Shown here piece by piece: positions 49,701 through 58,340 of a stretch of 64,000 nt of DNA. A program made the translations under genes and the position numbers. How positions within the stretch are numbered: position 1 is the first letter of the stretch; each line of letters starts with the position of its first letter. The DNA is from Candidatus Multivoradales bacterium (GTDB taxonomy: Bacteria; Acidobacteriota; Thermoanaerobaculia; Multivoradales; JAHEKO01), in contig CBDFIJ010000004.1 in the NCBI GenBank assembly GCA_965248055.1, positions 864,001-928,000 of the forward strand, read 5' to 3'. The notes under the pieces were generated by a model, which saw only the letters and a list, made by a program, of their open reading frames with translations, had not been told where the DNA came from and searched no databases.

Positions 49701-50334
49701 CTCCCTGGCTTCTCCGCTAGCACTGCATCAGACGCCGACCAGTCTTCCAGATCACTGGGCCACAGATCAGGGAGTCCCAGATCATCGGACTCCAGATCAG
49801 CGGGCTTCTAGCAACTCCGCAGCGTCTGCCAGCGACCCCTTGGGCGAAGCACACCACCGTCGCCGCGGAGAGGTCATTCATCGCCTGTTGGCGGAGATTG
49901 ACCTCAGCGACACTGAACCACAGCCACCCTCCTCAGTCGCCAGTCAGAAAGATGCAGTCGACTTCTGGCAACGATTTCGCACTTCTAGCAGCGGACAGAG
50001 ACTGCTCAAACTGGGATCTGTATCACCTGAAGGAGGTCGCCTACGCGGGCGCGAAGTCGATGTCTTAGGTGACGCCGCCTTGCTGGGCAACACGAGCAAC
50101 GCTGTCTACGCTACCGGCCGCCTCGACCTGCTGTACCAAGATTCCGCAGGCACCTGGGTCATTGCCGATTTCAAGACCGGCGCCCCGAGCGACCTCAGCG
50201 CTGCGGTCGAGCAATATCGCCCCCAGCTCAGCTTCTATGGTCGGGCTCTACAACAGGCTCTCGCCCTGGATCAGATGCCGCGGCTAGAACTTTGGTTTGT
50301 CGACCTGGATCGAATTGAAGAAATTGCTTCCTAG
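46729..50334 (+). CDS. addA: AddA-like UvrD helicase/nuclease
   Basis: EAGAGTGKT, AITFTEAAA, STIHAWC, VDEFQDT, VGDPKQSIY, NFRS, TVHAAKGLEF, YVALTRAR and GRLD..DFKTG motifs. Confidence 0.92.
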   Translation: MSKQLDLFPNGSGPPEADTATTATSKGDDSAASTSENTASENTASVNTASENTASVSTASGNTASENTASTTTDSTARQRAACTFDRPVTVEAGAGTGKTTLLIHRLLVWTLDAGWKHAARRKRNQGAPSQEIASERTAGQILDRIVAITFTEAAATELADRFITAITNAAHLEFPPGFDRDWIETDDATVQQRTRWLMPQLDRAHISTIHAWCFEVLRRHPYVAEVQSDLEILADAQQIEAVARQVVEKHYALAYQQGYDADLVRLGEEKIGPRDLIEIARTWITADWNLDHQLPEDDGLSTALEVICSSAHALADAATPSLGTLGGKNLAPLVVEAAQATSQLDGSDPAEALQQLNSLWSDKLRKRAVSWAERDFNATEARAIRSTSTGQENIGQAATGLALYLPILRFLDPIRWGRRRRVLVAILNDLQVALNEASAITFGGLLRRTAELLNNHPEVARSERNRIDLLLVDEFQDTDSQQASLVTSLSLHQESGPCLIVVGDPKQSIYGWRSADLETYEQVQTAVRKRKGLELVLTQNFRSTGEILAATDHIVGSQMVLNPGIQPLYHPLELGASHATEPGQAVELWRTPPALKAAEATHLEAEWLAHDLQQRHSAGGLQWHQVGILMRGKTHVRTLLRALRRRGVPYVLSSDAGFHQRSEVIDGAAWVRLVADPTDEVALLKVCRSPVVGIPDGALLPLWTGDFVQLMAGFDKPNSETEILLRNQLTEAAASLGEIPGLERIEGWVELASSSLGHIGALRQTLRQHSFVEFINRLREVTAIETIEARRPEGEARTANLEKLFDQLVQQVEESGGDTHAVLRVLRRGIFFELPAEEALSLTPADGAVQVATVHAAKGLEFDHVYLIQTGSGGGHDDTTLQVEPTRPGATLIRSVAHPQWAHGRLRRRQVTEAEALRLLYVALTRARRRLVISLPGKPRANTLAKLIDSTIASSPNVWLERELTDSPDEHIDPNLDANRHQPLPNPPWTSLASPLALHQTPTSLPDHWATDQGVPDHRTPDQRASSNSAASASDPLGEAHHRRRGEVIHRLLAEIDLSDTEPQPPSSVASQKDAVDFWQRFRTSSSGQRLLKLGSVSPEGGRLRGREVDVLGDAALLGNTSNAVYATGRLDLLYQDSAGTWVIADFKTGAPSDLSAAVEQYRPQLSFYGRALQQALALDQMPRLELWFVDLDRIEEIAS
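46831..46938. repeat. In-frame 15-bp tandem repeat (ASENT) x~7 in the addA N-terminus
   Basis: TCGGAGAACACGGCT-like units read directly. Confidence 0.9.
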
Positions 50335-50388
50335 GGGGACACAAAGAGATTTGTGTCCCCTCTCTACAAGAAAATTTGTGTCCCCTAG
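50331..50388. repeat. Short inverted-repeat element between convergent addA and sulfatase-like genes
   Basis: CTAGGGGGACACAAA ... TTTGTGTCCCCT ... TTTGTGTCCCCTAG. Confidence 0.7.
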
Positions 50389-51758
50389 TCCAGGTAACCA
50401 AGCGCCCTCAACTGCTCAAGATCCTCCGCTTCCAGACTCGGCGGCGGTAGCTCATCGGACAGCGCCAAGCCCTGTTGCACCTGCCGTACCCAACGCGCCA
50501 AGTCGTCCCCCGGAGAACTCTTGGGGGCGACCAAGTTAATTTCCTCTTGCGGATCATCGGTCAGGTCATAGAGGCGGTGGACATCTGAGGGCAAACGCAC
50601 AATCTCCTTACGCCCGCCTTCGATCCTCGCCAACTCCAGCAAGCCGTTCTGACGCACTCGCTCACGGTTCTCGTCGTTCTTCACCGCACCGCGATGCGAC
50701 TGAAAGTAGGTCACTCGGTCAGACGCACTGGGCGCAGCTTGGCCAAGCAGCTCGGGGGCCCAGTTCCAGCCGCCAAACAGCTCCGCCCCATCGACCTTCA
50801 GCAAGCTCAGCAAAGTTGCGGGCAAGTCGATATTGAGCGATGGATCAGCGATCACTCCGGGCTTGATCTTGCCGTCCCAAGTAATCGCCATCGGCACCCT
50901 GAGTGTGGCGTCATAGACGTGCCGACCGTGCCCGGTGTAGCCGTGCTCGCCCAAGCTCTCGCCGTGATCGGCGACAAACACGATCAACAACTCTCGGTCT
51001 TGCCCCAGCGCCCGAATCCAATTCACCATCGCCCCGATGCGATCGTCGGCAAAGGCAATCTCTGTGTCATAGCGGTTGCCCTTCGAACGAGCATCGTCCC
51101 CTTCAATCCCCATGCGCGCAGCAAACTGCGGCCAATACTGATAGGGACCATGCGGTTCTACGTAGTGCAGCCACAAGAAATAGGGTCGTGCTGAGTCCTC
51201 TGCCTGATAAGCCCGCAGCCATCGTTTGCCCGCTTGATTGACATCGTCGGCGTTGGATTCCGAGGCAAACACCAGCCAACGCTTGCGCTCCAACACCGGG
51301 AAGTAGTCCTCGAAGTGCTCCCCTAGTCCTGAAATCTTGTCGCGCAAAGTCCAATTGGCGACAAAAGCAGCGGTGCGGTAGCCGCGTCGTTTGAGCAGCT
51401 TGGGCAACGATGGCAGATCTTTGCGCATCGCCACTCCGTTTCTGGTGGCACCGTGTTCATGGGGGTGCAACCCAGTGAGCATCGAGGTCAATGCCGGAGC
51501 GGTTAACGGCTCCACCGTTCGAGCATCAGAAAAACGCACGCCTTCATCCATTAATTGATCAATAAATGGACTGGTGATGCGCGAGTAGCCGTAAGATGCC
51601 AAACGGTCCGCGCGCAAGGTATCGACGGAAATCAACAGTACGTTGGGAGCGCGCTCGGCCGCGGCGAGCGGTGGCGAAACACCCAGTGCAACGATCTGCA
51701 ATAGCAGTAGCACGACAACCCCGAAGTACAGCCCGATCCCTCTTTGATCCCTATCCAT
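50385..51758 (-). CDS. Sulfatase-like hydrolase/transferase (AP superfamily; Thr at the nucleophile position)
   Basis: PNVLLISVDTLRAD, EPLTAPALTSMLTG, HYVEPH, ADHGE..EHG..GHG, LYDL..DP.E and LRALGYL motifs. Confidence 0.9.
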   Translation of the reverse strand: MDRDQRGIGLYFGVVVLLLLQIVALGVSPPLAAAERAPNVLLISVDTLRADRLASYGYSRITSPFIDQLMDEGVRFSDARTVEPLTAPALTSMLTGLHPHEHGATRNGVAMRKDLPSLPKLLKRRGYRTAAFVANWTLRDKISGLGEHFEDYFPVLERKRWLVFASESNADDVNQAGKRWLRAYQAEDSARPYFLWLHYVEPHGPYQYWPQFAARMGIEGDDARSKGNRYDTEIAFADDRIGAMVNWIRALGQDRELLIVFVADHGESLGEHGYTGHGRHVYDATLRVPMAITWDGKIKPGVIADPSLNIDLPATLLSLLKVDGAELFGGWNWAPELLGQAAPSASDRVTYFQSHRGAVKNDENRERVRQNGLLELARIEGGRKEIVRLPSDVHRLYDLTDDPQEEINLVAPKSSPGDDLARWVRQVQQGLALSDELPPPSLEAEDLEQLRALGYLD

Positions 51759-52119
51759 CAACCGAAACCTCCAAGACTTGATCGGCGGCGCGCTGCGCAG
51801 CCGATCCAAACAAAGAATTGCCTCGACCACCAACCAGACGGCCGCGACGAGCGGCATTCAAGCCAACCAGGGATAACACCGTCCGCTTTCATGCCCTTGA
51901 CCCCAATGGCCTATCGTCGAGCTGAAAGCCCTCGGTCGAAAGCAATCGAAAGTAGACTCGATAGCCGAGCGCGTAAGTCAGTAGACGGGCTGCTGTATCC
52001 AGAATAACCATGACTTGTAATTTTGGAATTCAGGCCCATCGCGGCCAAAGCCCTAGCAGCCAAGGATAGCGAGCCTGGGCGCTGGATCAAAGACTCTGCC
52101 TCTGGCTCGCCTGGCCAAG

Positions 52120-53154
52120 CTATCCGCCGATGTAGGACATCTCCACCCGCGGCTCCCTGGTCGTTGACTCTGAAGGCCCGATACCAATCAACTCAGCGCG
52201 TTGTTCGGAGTAGCGATCCACCCGCTGACGCCAGACGGTATCGATTAGATCCCTTAGCTCTTGATCCGACACCCCAGTTCGTAGCGGAGCTCGTAAGTCA
52301 ATCCCTGCGCTGGCAAACAGACAGGTGTAAAGCACCCCGTTGGCCGCCAGCCGAGCGCGCGTACAGTCTTGGCAAAACGGCTCGGTCACCGACGCAATGA
52401 CTCCGATCTCGCCCCCGCCTTCCAGCCGGTAGCGACTGGCGACCTCCCCAGGCCGCGTCGCCGGCAACCGCTCCAGCGCGTATCTCAACTCAATGTACTG
52501 GCGCATCTCGGCTGCCGAAACCACCATCTCCGGTTGCCAGCCGTTAGTTGATCCCACGTCCATGAATTCGATCAACCGGACAATCACTCCCTCGCCGGCC
52601 AGTCGATTGATGATCGGCACAATTTGCTGGTCGTTGACCCCGCGCACCACGGTCACGTTGACCTTCACCGGGGTCAACCCCTCGGTCACCGCCCGCTCAA
52701 TGCCCAAAAGCAGCCGATCAATGTCCACCTTGGTGTCAGCCGCCGACACGGCGATCTCTGGGTCGAGAGCGTCCAAGCTCACAGTCACTCGATCCAAGCC
52801 TGCTGCAGCAAGTTCCTGCGCCGCCTCAGCCAACAGCACGCCGTTGGTGGTCAACGCCAGATCCAGATCGGGATGATTGCGGCGCAGCGCGGTGATCAAA
52901 TGAGGTAAGTCCCGGCGCAACAGCGGCTCGCCGCCGGTAATCCGCACTTTGTCGACTCCGAGCGAGACGAACAGGTTCACTACCGCGCTGATCTCCTCGT
53001 AACTGAGAATCTCCGAGCGCCTGAGAAACATCGCCTCGTCGCCGTAGACCTCGCGCGGCATGCAATACGGGCAGCGCAAGTTACATCGATCGGTGACCGA
53101 CACCCGAAGATCCGTCAATCGGCGACCGAGCCGGTCGCGCGCTGGGGTATTCAT
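52120..53154 (-). CDS. moaA: GTP 3',8-cyclase MoaA
   Basis: LRVSVTDRCNLRCPYCMP, RITGGEPL, FCQDCTRARL..CLF and C-terminal MSYIGG. Confidence 0.97.
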   Translation of the reverse strand: MNTPARDRLGRRLTDLRVSVTDRCNLRCPYCMPREVYGDEAMFLRRSEILSYEEISAVVNLFVSLGVDKVRITGGEPLLRRDLPHLITALRRNHPDLDLALTTNGVLLAEAAQELAAAGLDRVTVSLDALDPEIAVSAADTKVDIDRLLLGIERAVTEGLTPVKVNVTVVRGVNDQQIVPIINRLAGEGVIVRLIEFMDVGSTNGWQPEMVVSAAEMRQYIELRYALERLPATRPGEVASRYRLEGGGEIGVIASVTEPFCQDCTRARLAANGVLYTCLFASAGIDLRAPLRTGVSDQELRDLIDTVWRQRVDRYSEQRAELIGIGPSESTTREPRVEMSYIGG

Positions 53155-53192
53155 CGTAATAGGAGTCGAGCTAGAGGAGCTGCTTGTCCGCT

Positions 53193-53687
53193 CTAGCTTG
53201 GTTGCGACGGGTCGGGGCTCGCCAGCACCGCCTCTTTCTGGGATTGGCGATAATCGACAATATTGGCGGCTAAGACGTCCGAAGAACTCGCCAGAATCTG
53301 CACCGCGAAGATCGCCGCGTTGATCGCACCCGCTTTGCCGATGGCAAAGGTGGCGACCGGCACGCCTTTGGGCATCTGTACCATCGATAGCAGCGAGTCC
53401 AGCCCGTCCAACGACCAGGCCTGAATCGGCACGCCCAAGACCGGCCGTGGAGTCAGAGCCGCGACCGCCCCAGGAAGCGCAGCCGCACCGCCTGCACCGG
53501 CAATGAACACTTGGCAACCGCTGGCTTCCTGTTGTCGAATGAAGTCTGCCAGCTCGTCGGGAGTCCGGTGTGCCGACAGCACTCGAACCTCGGCGTCGAC
53601 GCCGAGACTGCGTAGGGTTTCGCGGCAATGTTCCATGGTGCTCCAATCGGAGCTAGAACCCATGACAATGGTGACGGGTGCGCTCAT
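53193..53687 (-). CDS. purE: N5-carboxyaminoimidazole ribonucleotide mutase
   Basis: VMGSSSD, SAHRTP, AGAGGAAALPG and MVQMPKGVPVAT motifs. Confidence 0.97.
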   Translation of the reverse strand: MSAPVTIVMGSSSDWSTMEHCRETLRSLGVDAEVRVLSAHRTPDELADFIRQQEASGCQVFIAGAGGAAALPGAVAALTPRPVLGVPIQAWSLDGLDSLLSMVQMPKGVPVATFAIGKAGAINAAIFAVQILASSSDVLAANIVDYRQSQKEAVLASPDPSQPS

Positions 53688-53714
53688 AGCGTCAAATCTA
53701 GCACGAGCGTGAGC

Positions 53715-55055
53715 TCAGCCAGTTGGGCTTTCGGAGTCGAACGACTCGCGGGTAATCACCTTGGCGAGAAGAATTAGACCGACCAGATTGGGCAGCGCCA
53801 TCAGTCCATTCATCAGATCAGAAAGCGTCCAGACGAACCCCAACGAACGCACCGTGCCGACGAAAATCGCGACCACAAAGAGCATGCGATAGGGAGTCAC
53901 GGCGCGTCCTCCAAGCAAATATTCGAGGCACTTCTCACCGTAGTAGCTCCAGCCGAGAATGGTTGAAAAGGCAAACATGGATAGCGACACCGCGACCACC
54001 ACGCCACCGATTCCACCCATGCCAGCGGTAAACGCCTCTTGGGTCATCGCAACACCCTCGGCTCCTCCACTCCAGGCGCCCGTAACCAACAAAGCGAGCC
54101 CGGTCAGAGTGCAGACCACCAAGGTGTCGATGAAGGTCTGAGTCATGGAGACCAGAGCCTGAGTTTTTGGCGTTCGAGTCTGGGCAGCAGCAGCGGCGAT
54201 CCCGGCCGAACCGAGGCCGGACTCATTGGAGAAAATCCCGCGGGCGACCCCATAGCGAAGTGCCGACCCGGCCGCACCGCCTACCGCTGCGGACCCGGTG
54301 AAAGCGCTGGAAAACACCAACGACAGGGCTTCTGGAATGCGCTCGGCAAAGGCGACGAGTACCCAAAGACAACCCGCCATGTAGAGCAAGATCATCACCG
54401 GAACCAAGACTCCGGTAACCCGGCCAATCGAACGAATGCCACCAAACAAGACCGCTCCGGCGATCACCGCCAACACCACTCCGGTGATCCATGGCTTGAC
54501 GCCAAACGCGCCATCAATCGCCGAAGCCACCGAGTTGGATTGAACCATGTTGCCGATACCAAAAGCGGCAATCGCACCAAAGATCGCGAACGCTACAGCC
54601 AGGACCTTGCCGAAGGATCCGCCGACACCGCGCTCCAGGTAATACATCGGGCCACCGGATTGCTCACCGTCCTCATCCGTCTTGCGGTACTTCACCGACA
54701 GCAGCGCCTCCGAGTACTTGGTCGCCATGCCAAACAAACCAGTCATCCACATCCAAAACAGGGCCCCAGGACCGCCCAGGGAAATCGCGGTGGCGACGCC
54801 GACGATATTGCCGGTTCCGACGGTCGCAGCCAACGCCGTCATCAGCGCCTGAAAATGGGAGATGTCTCCCTCAGCTCCTTCTTCCCGGCGAACGATCAAC
54901 CCTAGGTAAAGAGCCTTCCCCAATTGGGTGAACTGGATGCCATGCAGCCGTAGAGTCAGGAAGACTCCTGTGGCCAGTAACAACGGAATCAACAAATACG
55001 GGCCCCAGACAAAAGACGAGGCACTGCCAATCCAACGTTCAAACAGCTCAATCAT
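53715..55055 (-). CDS. Sodium:alanine/glycine symporter (AgcS family)
   Basis: [27 protein letters not shown] and [12 protein letters not shown] motifs. Confidence 0.95.
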   Translation of the reverse strand: MIELFERWIGSASSFVWGPYLLIPLLLATGVFLTLRLHGIQFTQLGKALYLGLIVRREEGAEGDISHFQALMTALAATVGTGNIVGVATAISLGGPGALFWMWMTGLFGMATKYSEALLSVKYRKTDEDGEQSGGPMYYLERGVGGSFGKVLAVAFAIFGAIAAFGIGNMVQSNSVASAIDGAFGVKPWITGVVLAVIAGAVLFGGIRSIGRVTGVLVPVMILLYMAGCLWVLVAFAERIPEALSLVFSSAFTGSAAVGGAAGSALRYGVARGIFSNESGLGSAGIAAAAAQTRTPKTQALVSMTQTFIDTLVVCTLTGLALLVTGAWSGGAEGVAMTQEAFTAGMGGIGGVVVAVSLSMFAFSTILGWSYYGEKCLEYLLGGRAVTPYRMLFVVAIFVGTVRSLGFVWTLSDLMNGLMALPNLVGLILLAKVITRESFDSESPTG

Positions 55056-55108
55056 GGTTTTTGCCTTTCGTTGCTACGGGTGTTAACAGGCGTCAGGAAA
55101 ACGCATTT

Positions 55109-55522
55109 CTAAAAATTGAACAACTCGTCAAAGGCCGACTTGGTATCGGTACCACGTTTGGATTCACTCTCTGACTCAATGGCTTGCCGAGCCTCAAACG
55201 AGCTGCATTGGTTGGCCTTGGCTTTATTGGCCACCGGCTCGACTGCCTCTACCCGACATTCGTTGACCGCGGCCGTATCAAAATGTCGACAATGAGTGCA
55301 GGTGTGCAGATCGGTTCCGCAGCCGTCGCACACCGCGGTGTTGTCTCCAGTCTTGACCTCAGCGTGCGCGCCACAGTCTCGGCAGCGGAAAACACTGCTT
55401 CCGGGAGCTCCCAACCCGCGTCCCCGGGGCGCCTCGCCTCGTTCTCGACGCACCCCAGGCTCACGGCGGCTCTCACCAGCATCGTCATCTTGGTAACCCG
55501 GTTGTCGGTATTTTTGACTCAT
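55109..55522 (-). CDS. Cysteine-rich putative metal-binding hypothetical protein
   Basis: CRDC, CDGC, CTHCRHFD, EC and ANQC; C-terminal AFDELF. Confidence 0.7.
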   Translation of the reverse strand: MSQKYRQPGYQDDDAGESRREPGVRRERGEAPRGRGLGAPGSSVFRCRDCGAHAEVKTGDNTAVCDGCGTDLHTCTHCRHFDTAAVNECRVEAVEPVANKAKANQCSSFEARQAIESESESKRGTDTKSAFDELFNF

Positions 55523-55604
55523 CGCACTGTGATTCTACTTACTGCCATTCTATTTAGTGGGATTCTACGCACAACTCGCTCGCGCCACCGTCGATCGGTT
55601 CCGC

Positions 55605-56606
55605 TTAGGCTGAAAGAGTCAAGGTGGAGCATTCGAAAACCCGTTCTGCCGGAAGCCGCGATTCGAGCTGAAAACGGCACCACTGCAACATCTCGGTTTC
55701 CAGACTCCGGTCGAAACCGAGCCCGTCGTCATGGGCCGAGAATTCCTGAGCAAGAAACGGATCGTCGGGATAGAGCTTTTCCAGATTGCGCAGAAAGGGT
55801 TTCGGCATGCGAAAGCTACCGAAGGAAACCGAATGGATCGATTCTCCCGAGAGCGTGGCGAACACCTGATCAAACAAGGCCGCGTAGTGCTTCTGGTAGT
55901 CAACAGTCCAAATCAGGGGATCAAATCGCAGCCCAAGCGGCCAGCCACGCTCCGCCAATCCGGCCAGGGTCGTCAGCCGCTTTTCGACAGTCGGGACCCC
56001 CGGCTCCAAAGCGTCGGAGTCGGGCTGCGGGGTAAAACTCATCGCCACCACGCAGTTGGCGATCGCTTCTCGTTCCATCAGCGCCTGTAGCTGCACACTC
56101 TTGGTCCGCAGCTCAAGAAACGCTTGGGGTCGTGCCGAAAAAAAATCCAGTGCATCATCGACGAACCCAGTCAAACGATCCAGCGCCAGGCTGTCGCAGT
56201 CGTAGCCGGAGAAGAAACATACTGAGTCCTGTCCCTGGCAAGCGGCATCAATTTCTGTGGTGAACTCATCCCAATTGACGAACAGCACGTAGTGAGCGGA
56301 TCGAAACATGCCCTGCAGGAAACAGTAGCGACAGTCGTAGAGACAGTTCAGTAGATGGGAAAAGTAAAAATTACGCTGGTGACCAATAGCGTAGATCGGC
56401 GGCGCGGGCAGCACCTTGCGGCCAAATTTGCGCGCCAGAATCAGCGCAGGTTGTTGTTTCTGCAACCGAAAATCTTGACGCTTGCGGTTGAGAATCTCGC
56501 CATATCGGTCGATCGAAATCACCCGGGCGCGGGGTAGCTTGGCTAAGATTCTCCGGGTGCGCGGATACTCGGCAACCTCGCGCTCCAGGTAGATGGTCTC
56601 AATCAT
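55605..56606 (-). CDS. Spore photoproduct lyase-like radical SAM protein
   Basis: NCLYDCRYCFLQ, ELRTKS and GLRFDPLI motifs of the SPL family. Confidence 0.88.
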   Translation of the reverse strand: MIETIYLEREVAEYPRTRRILAKLPRARVISIDRYGEILNRKRQDFRLQKQQPALILARKFGRKVLPAPPIYAIGHQRNFYFSHLLNCLYDCRYCFLQGMFRSAHYVLFVNWDEFTTEIDAACQGQDSVCFFSGYDCDSLALDRLTGFVDDALDFFSARPQAFLELRTKSVQLQALMEREAIANCVVAMSFTPQPDSDALEPGVPTVEKRLTTLAGLAERGWPLGLRFDPLIWTVDYQKHYAALFDQVFATLSGESIHSVSFGSFRMPKPFLRNLEKLYPDDPFLAQEFSAHDDGLGFDRSLETEMLQWCRFQLESRLPAERVFECSTLTLSA

Positions 56607-57409
56607 CCAGCCGACTCCGAATCACCATCTCGACTCAGTGCCTCACGAAGTTGCGCCAAGGCTGCGCGGGCTGAATCTGCATTCAATTCCTCGGGCTGCG
56701 GGGTCTCGATTTCCAGAGCGCGGATCCGTTCTAGAGCCCTTTGCAATTGGACTTGCTGGCTCGCGGTAAAGCGCCAGCGATCCTGAAAGGCTGCGACCAA
56801 CGACCGATCCGGTCGGCGAGAACGCACCGACTTCGCCACCTCGGCGAGCCTCTCGACCCACTCAACCAGGAACGAGGTGTGCTCGGCCATGGCCCGCTCG
56901 ATGACCCCGGCGTCCAATTGATCGATCCCTTGCTCCGGCCCATCAACTCGCACTTTGATTACCTGCACCCGTTCCAACGAAACAAGCTTGAGTGCTTCTG
57001 GATAAAACCCCGCCGCCTCCATGTCATAGAGCACCGGTTCCGGATAGCGTGTCTCGGGCTGGGCAACGGTCCTGACCTCGCCGGTCGCTTGATCCACCGG
57101 AAACGGAAACTGGGGAAACCAAGAATCGCCTTCGTCCGTGCTCACTCGATGGGCGACGACTAATTCACCGATCTCGCCGATACCACCAGCACAGCCGACG
57201 TTGAGCCAACAGGTCGCGCGATCTGCCTGCGCCGACAGCCGCCTCACCGCGGATTGAGCGTTGATCATCCCAACTCCGCTGATCGCGAGCGCAACCCCAT
57301 CTTTGGCGAAGACCCGCTCCCCGCTGGACTCCAGCCCCAGTTGCTGAATCAAGGGACGCCCTTCGCAGCGCAAGGCACACACCACGCCGACATCAAGAAA
57401 CTCGTTCAA
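56603..57409 (-). CDS. Nucleoside phosphorylase / MTA-SAH nucleosidase-like protein with C-terminal helical extension
   Basis: ALRCE, SGVG..NA, NVGCAG, YDMEAAG and IKVRVD motifs (PNP_UDP_1 fold). Confidence 0.75.
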   Translation of the reverse strand: MNEFLDVGVVCALRCEGRPLIQQLGLESSGERVFAKDGVALAISGVGMINAQSAVRRLSAQADRATCWLNVGCAGGIGEIGELVVAHRVSTDEGDSWFPQFPFPVDQATGEVRTVAQPETRYPEPVLYDMEAAGFYPEALKLVSLERVQVIKVRVDGPEQGIDQLDAGVIERAMAEHTSFLVEWVERLAEVAKSVRSRRPDRSLVAAFQDRWRFTASQQVQLQRALERIRALEIETPQPEELNADSARAALAQLREALSRDGDSESAG

Positions 57410-58311
57410 CTGCTTGCCACCCTTTGGTCAACCCAGCCTCCTAGCGAGCTGTCAAAAAACAAGACCCAGTGACGCTCCAAGCCCAGCAGGTGTGTGTAGT
57501 GCTGCAGCTTACGGCGGTAGACCTTAGCTACTGCCAGGCCACGCTTCTGAGCTCCCGGAGACAGCACTTCCAGCTTCTCCACTAGGGTCTCCAAGGTTGC
57601 CACTCGATCCCCAGCGCTCAGCGCAGAAATTCGATATGCGTGTTCTAACGCCATCACTCGGTATTGGTCCAAAGCTTCCGTGGTTCGTGACAGTTGGTCG
57701 TCGTGCCCACCGTACTTAACCACCAACGGTTGATCGACAAAGCACACCGGAAGCTGACAGCAGATACGCAGCCACAAGTCGTAATCCTCGCATGCTGGCA
57801 GCGACTCGTTAAACCCACCGACTTCCTCGAACAGAGACCTCTCCAAGATTACGGCCGACGGAGAAATGCAGCACAACGGCAGACAATGCCGGTAGATGAA
57901 ACCGCCCCACTTCTTGTGCCGGTCGCGCGGATTTACCCGGCGGCCATTGCGAATCCAGGTTTCCTCACAATGGCCGATTCGATAGCCCGACTGGTGCATC
58001 GCCTGCAGTTGTACTTCCAGTTTCTCGGGCTGCCATTGGTCGTCGGAGTCGAGAAACGCCAGCCAGTGCGAAGTGGTTGAATCCACTCCGTGGTTGCGTG
58101 CCCGCGATACCCCCCCGTGCTCGATCGCCCCTACACGAACCTCGGGGAATTCTTGTTGAACCGCCTCTGCGGTGTCGTCGGTCGAACCATCGTCGACCAC
58201 CACAATCTCATTTGGGGCCCTAGTTTGAGCGACGACTGACTCGACCGCGCGCAGGGTCCAATCACGACGGTTATAGGTCGGAATAATGACCGCGACAGTC
58301 GGCTCAGTCAT
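57406..58311 (-). CDS. Glycosyltransferase family 2
   Basis: VIIPTYNR, VVDDGSTD, GVSRARN, FLDSDD and CEDYDLWLR motifs. Confidence 0.93.
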   Translation of the reverse strand: MTEPTVAVIIPTYNRRDWTLRAVESVVAQTRAPNEIVVVDDGSTDDTAEAVQQEFPEVRVGAIEHGGVSRARNHGVDSTTSHWLAFLDSDDQWQPEKLEVQLQAMHQSGYRIGHCEETWIRNGRRVNPRDRHKKWGGFIYRHCLPLCCISPSAVILERSLFEEVGGFNESLPACEDYDLWLRICCQLPVCFVDQPLVVKYGGHDDQLSRTTEALDQYRVMALEHAYRISALSAGDRVATLETLVEKLEVLSPGAQKRGLAVAKVYRRKLQHYTHLLGLERHWVLFFDSSLGGWVDQRVASS

Positions 58312-58340
58312 CGTCACAAAGTCGAGAGAAAAGAGACACT

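Noticed and set aside
43670-50334. Novel helicase-nuclease defence system
   Set aside because: The motif set and gene order match the ordinary AddB-AddA recombination complex.
53155-53646. N-terminal extension of MoaA (508-aa ORF) suggesting a fusion
   Set aside because: The extension is an alternative frame over purE; the real start is MNTPARD at 53154.
55056-55108. Glycine riboswitch before the AgcS symporter
   Set aside because: The gap is only ~50 bp and lacks the GGAGA/CAGG aptamer architecture.
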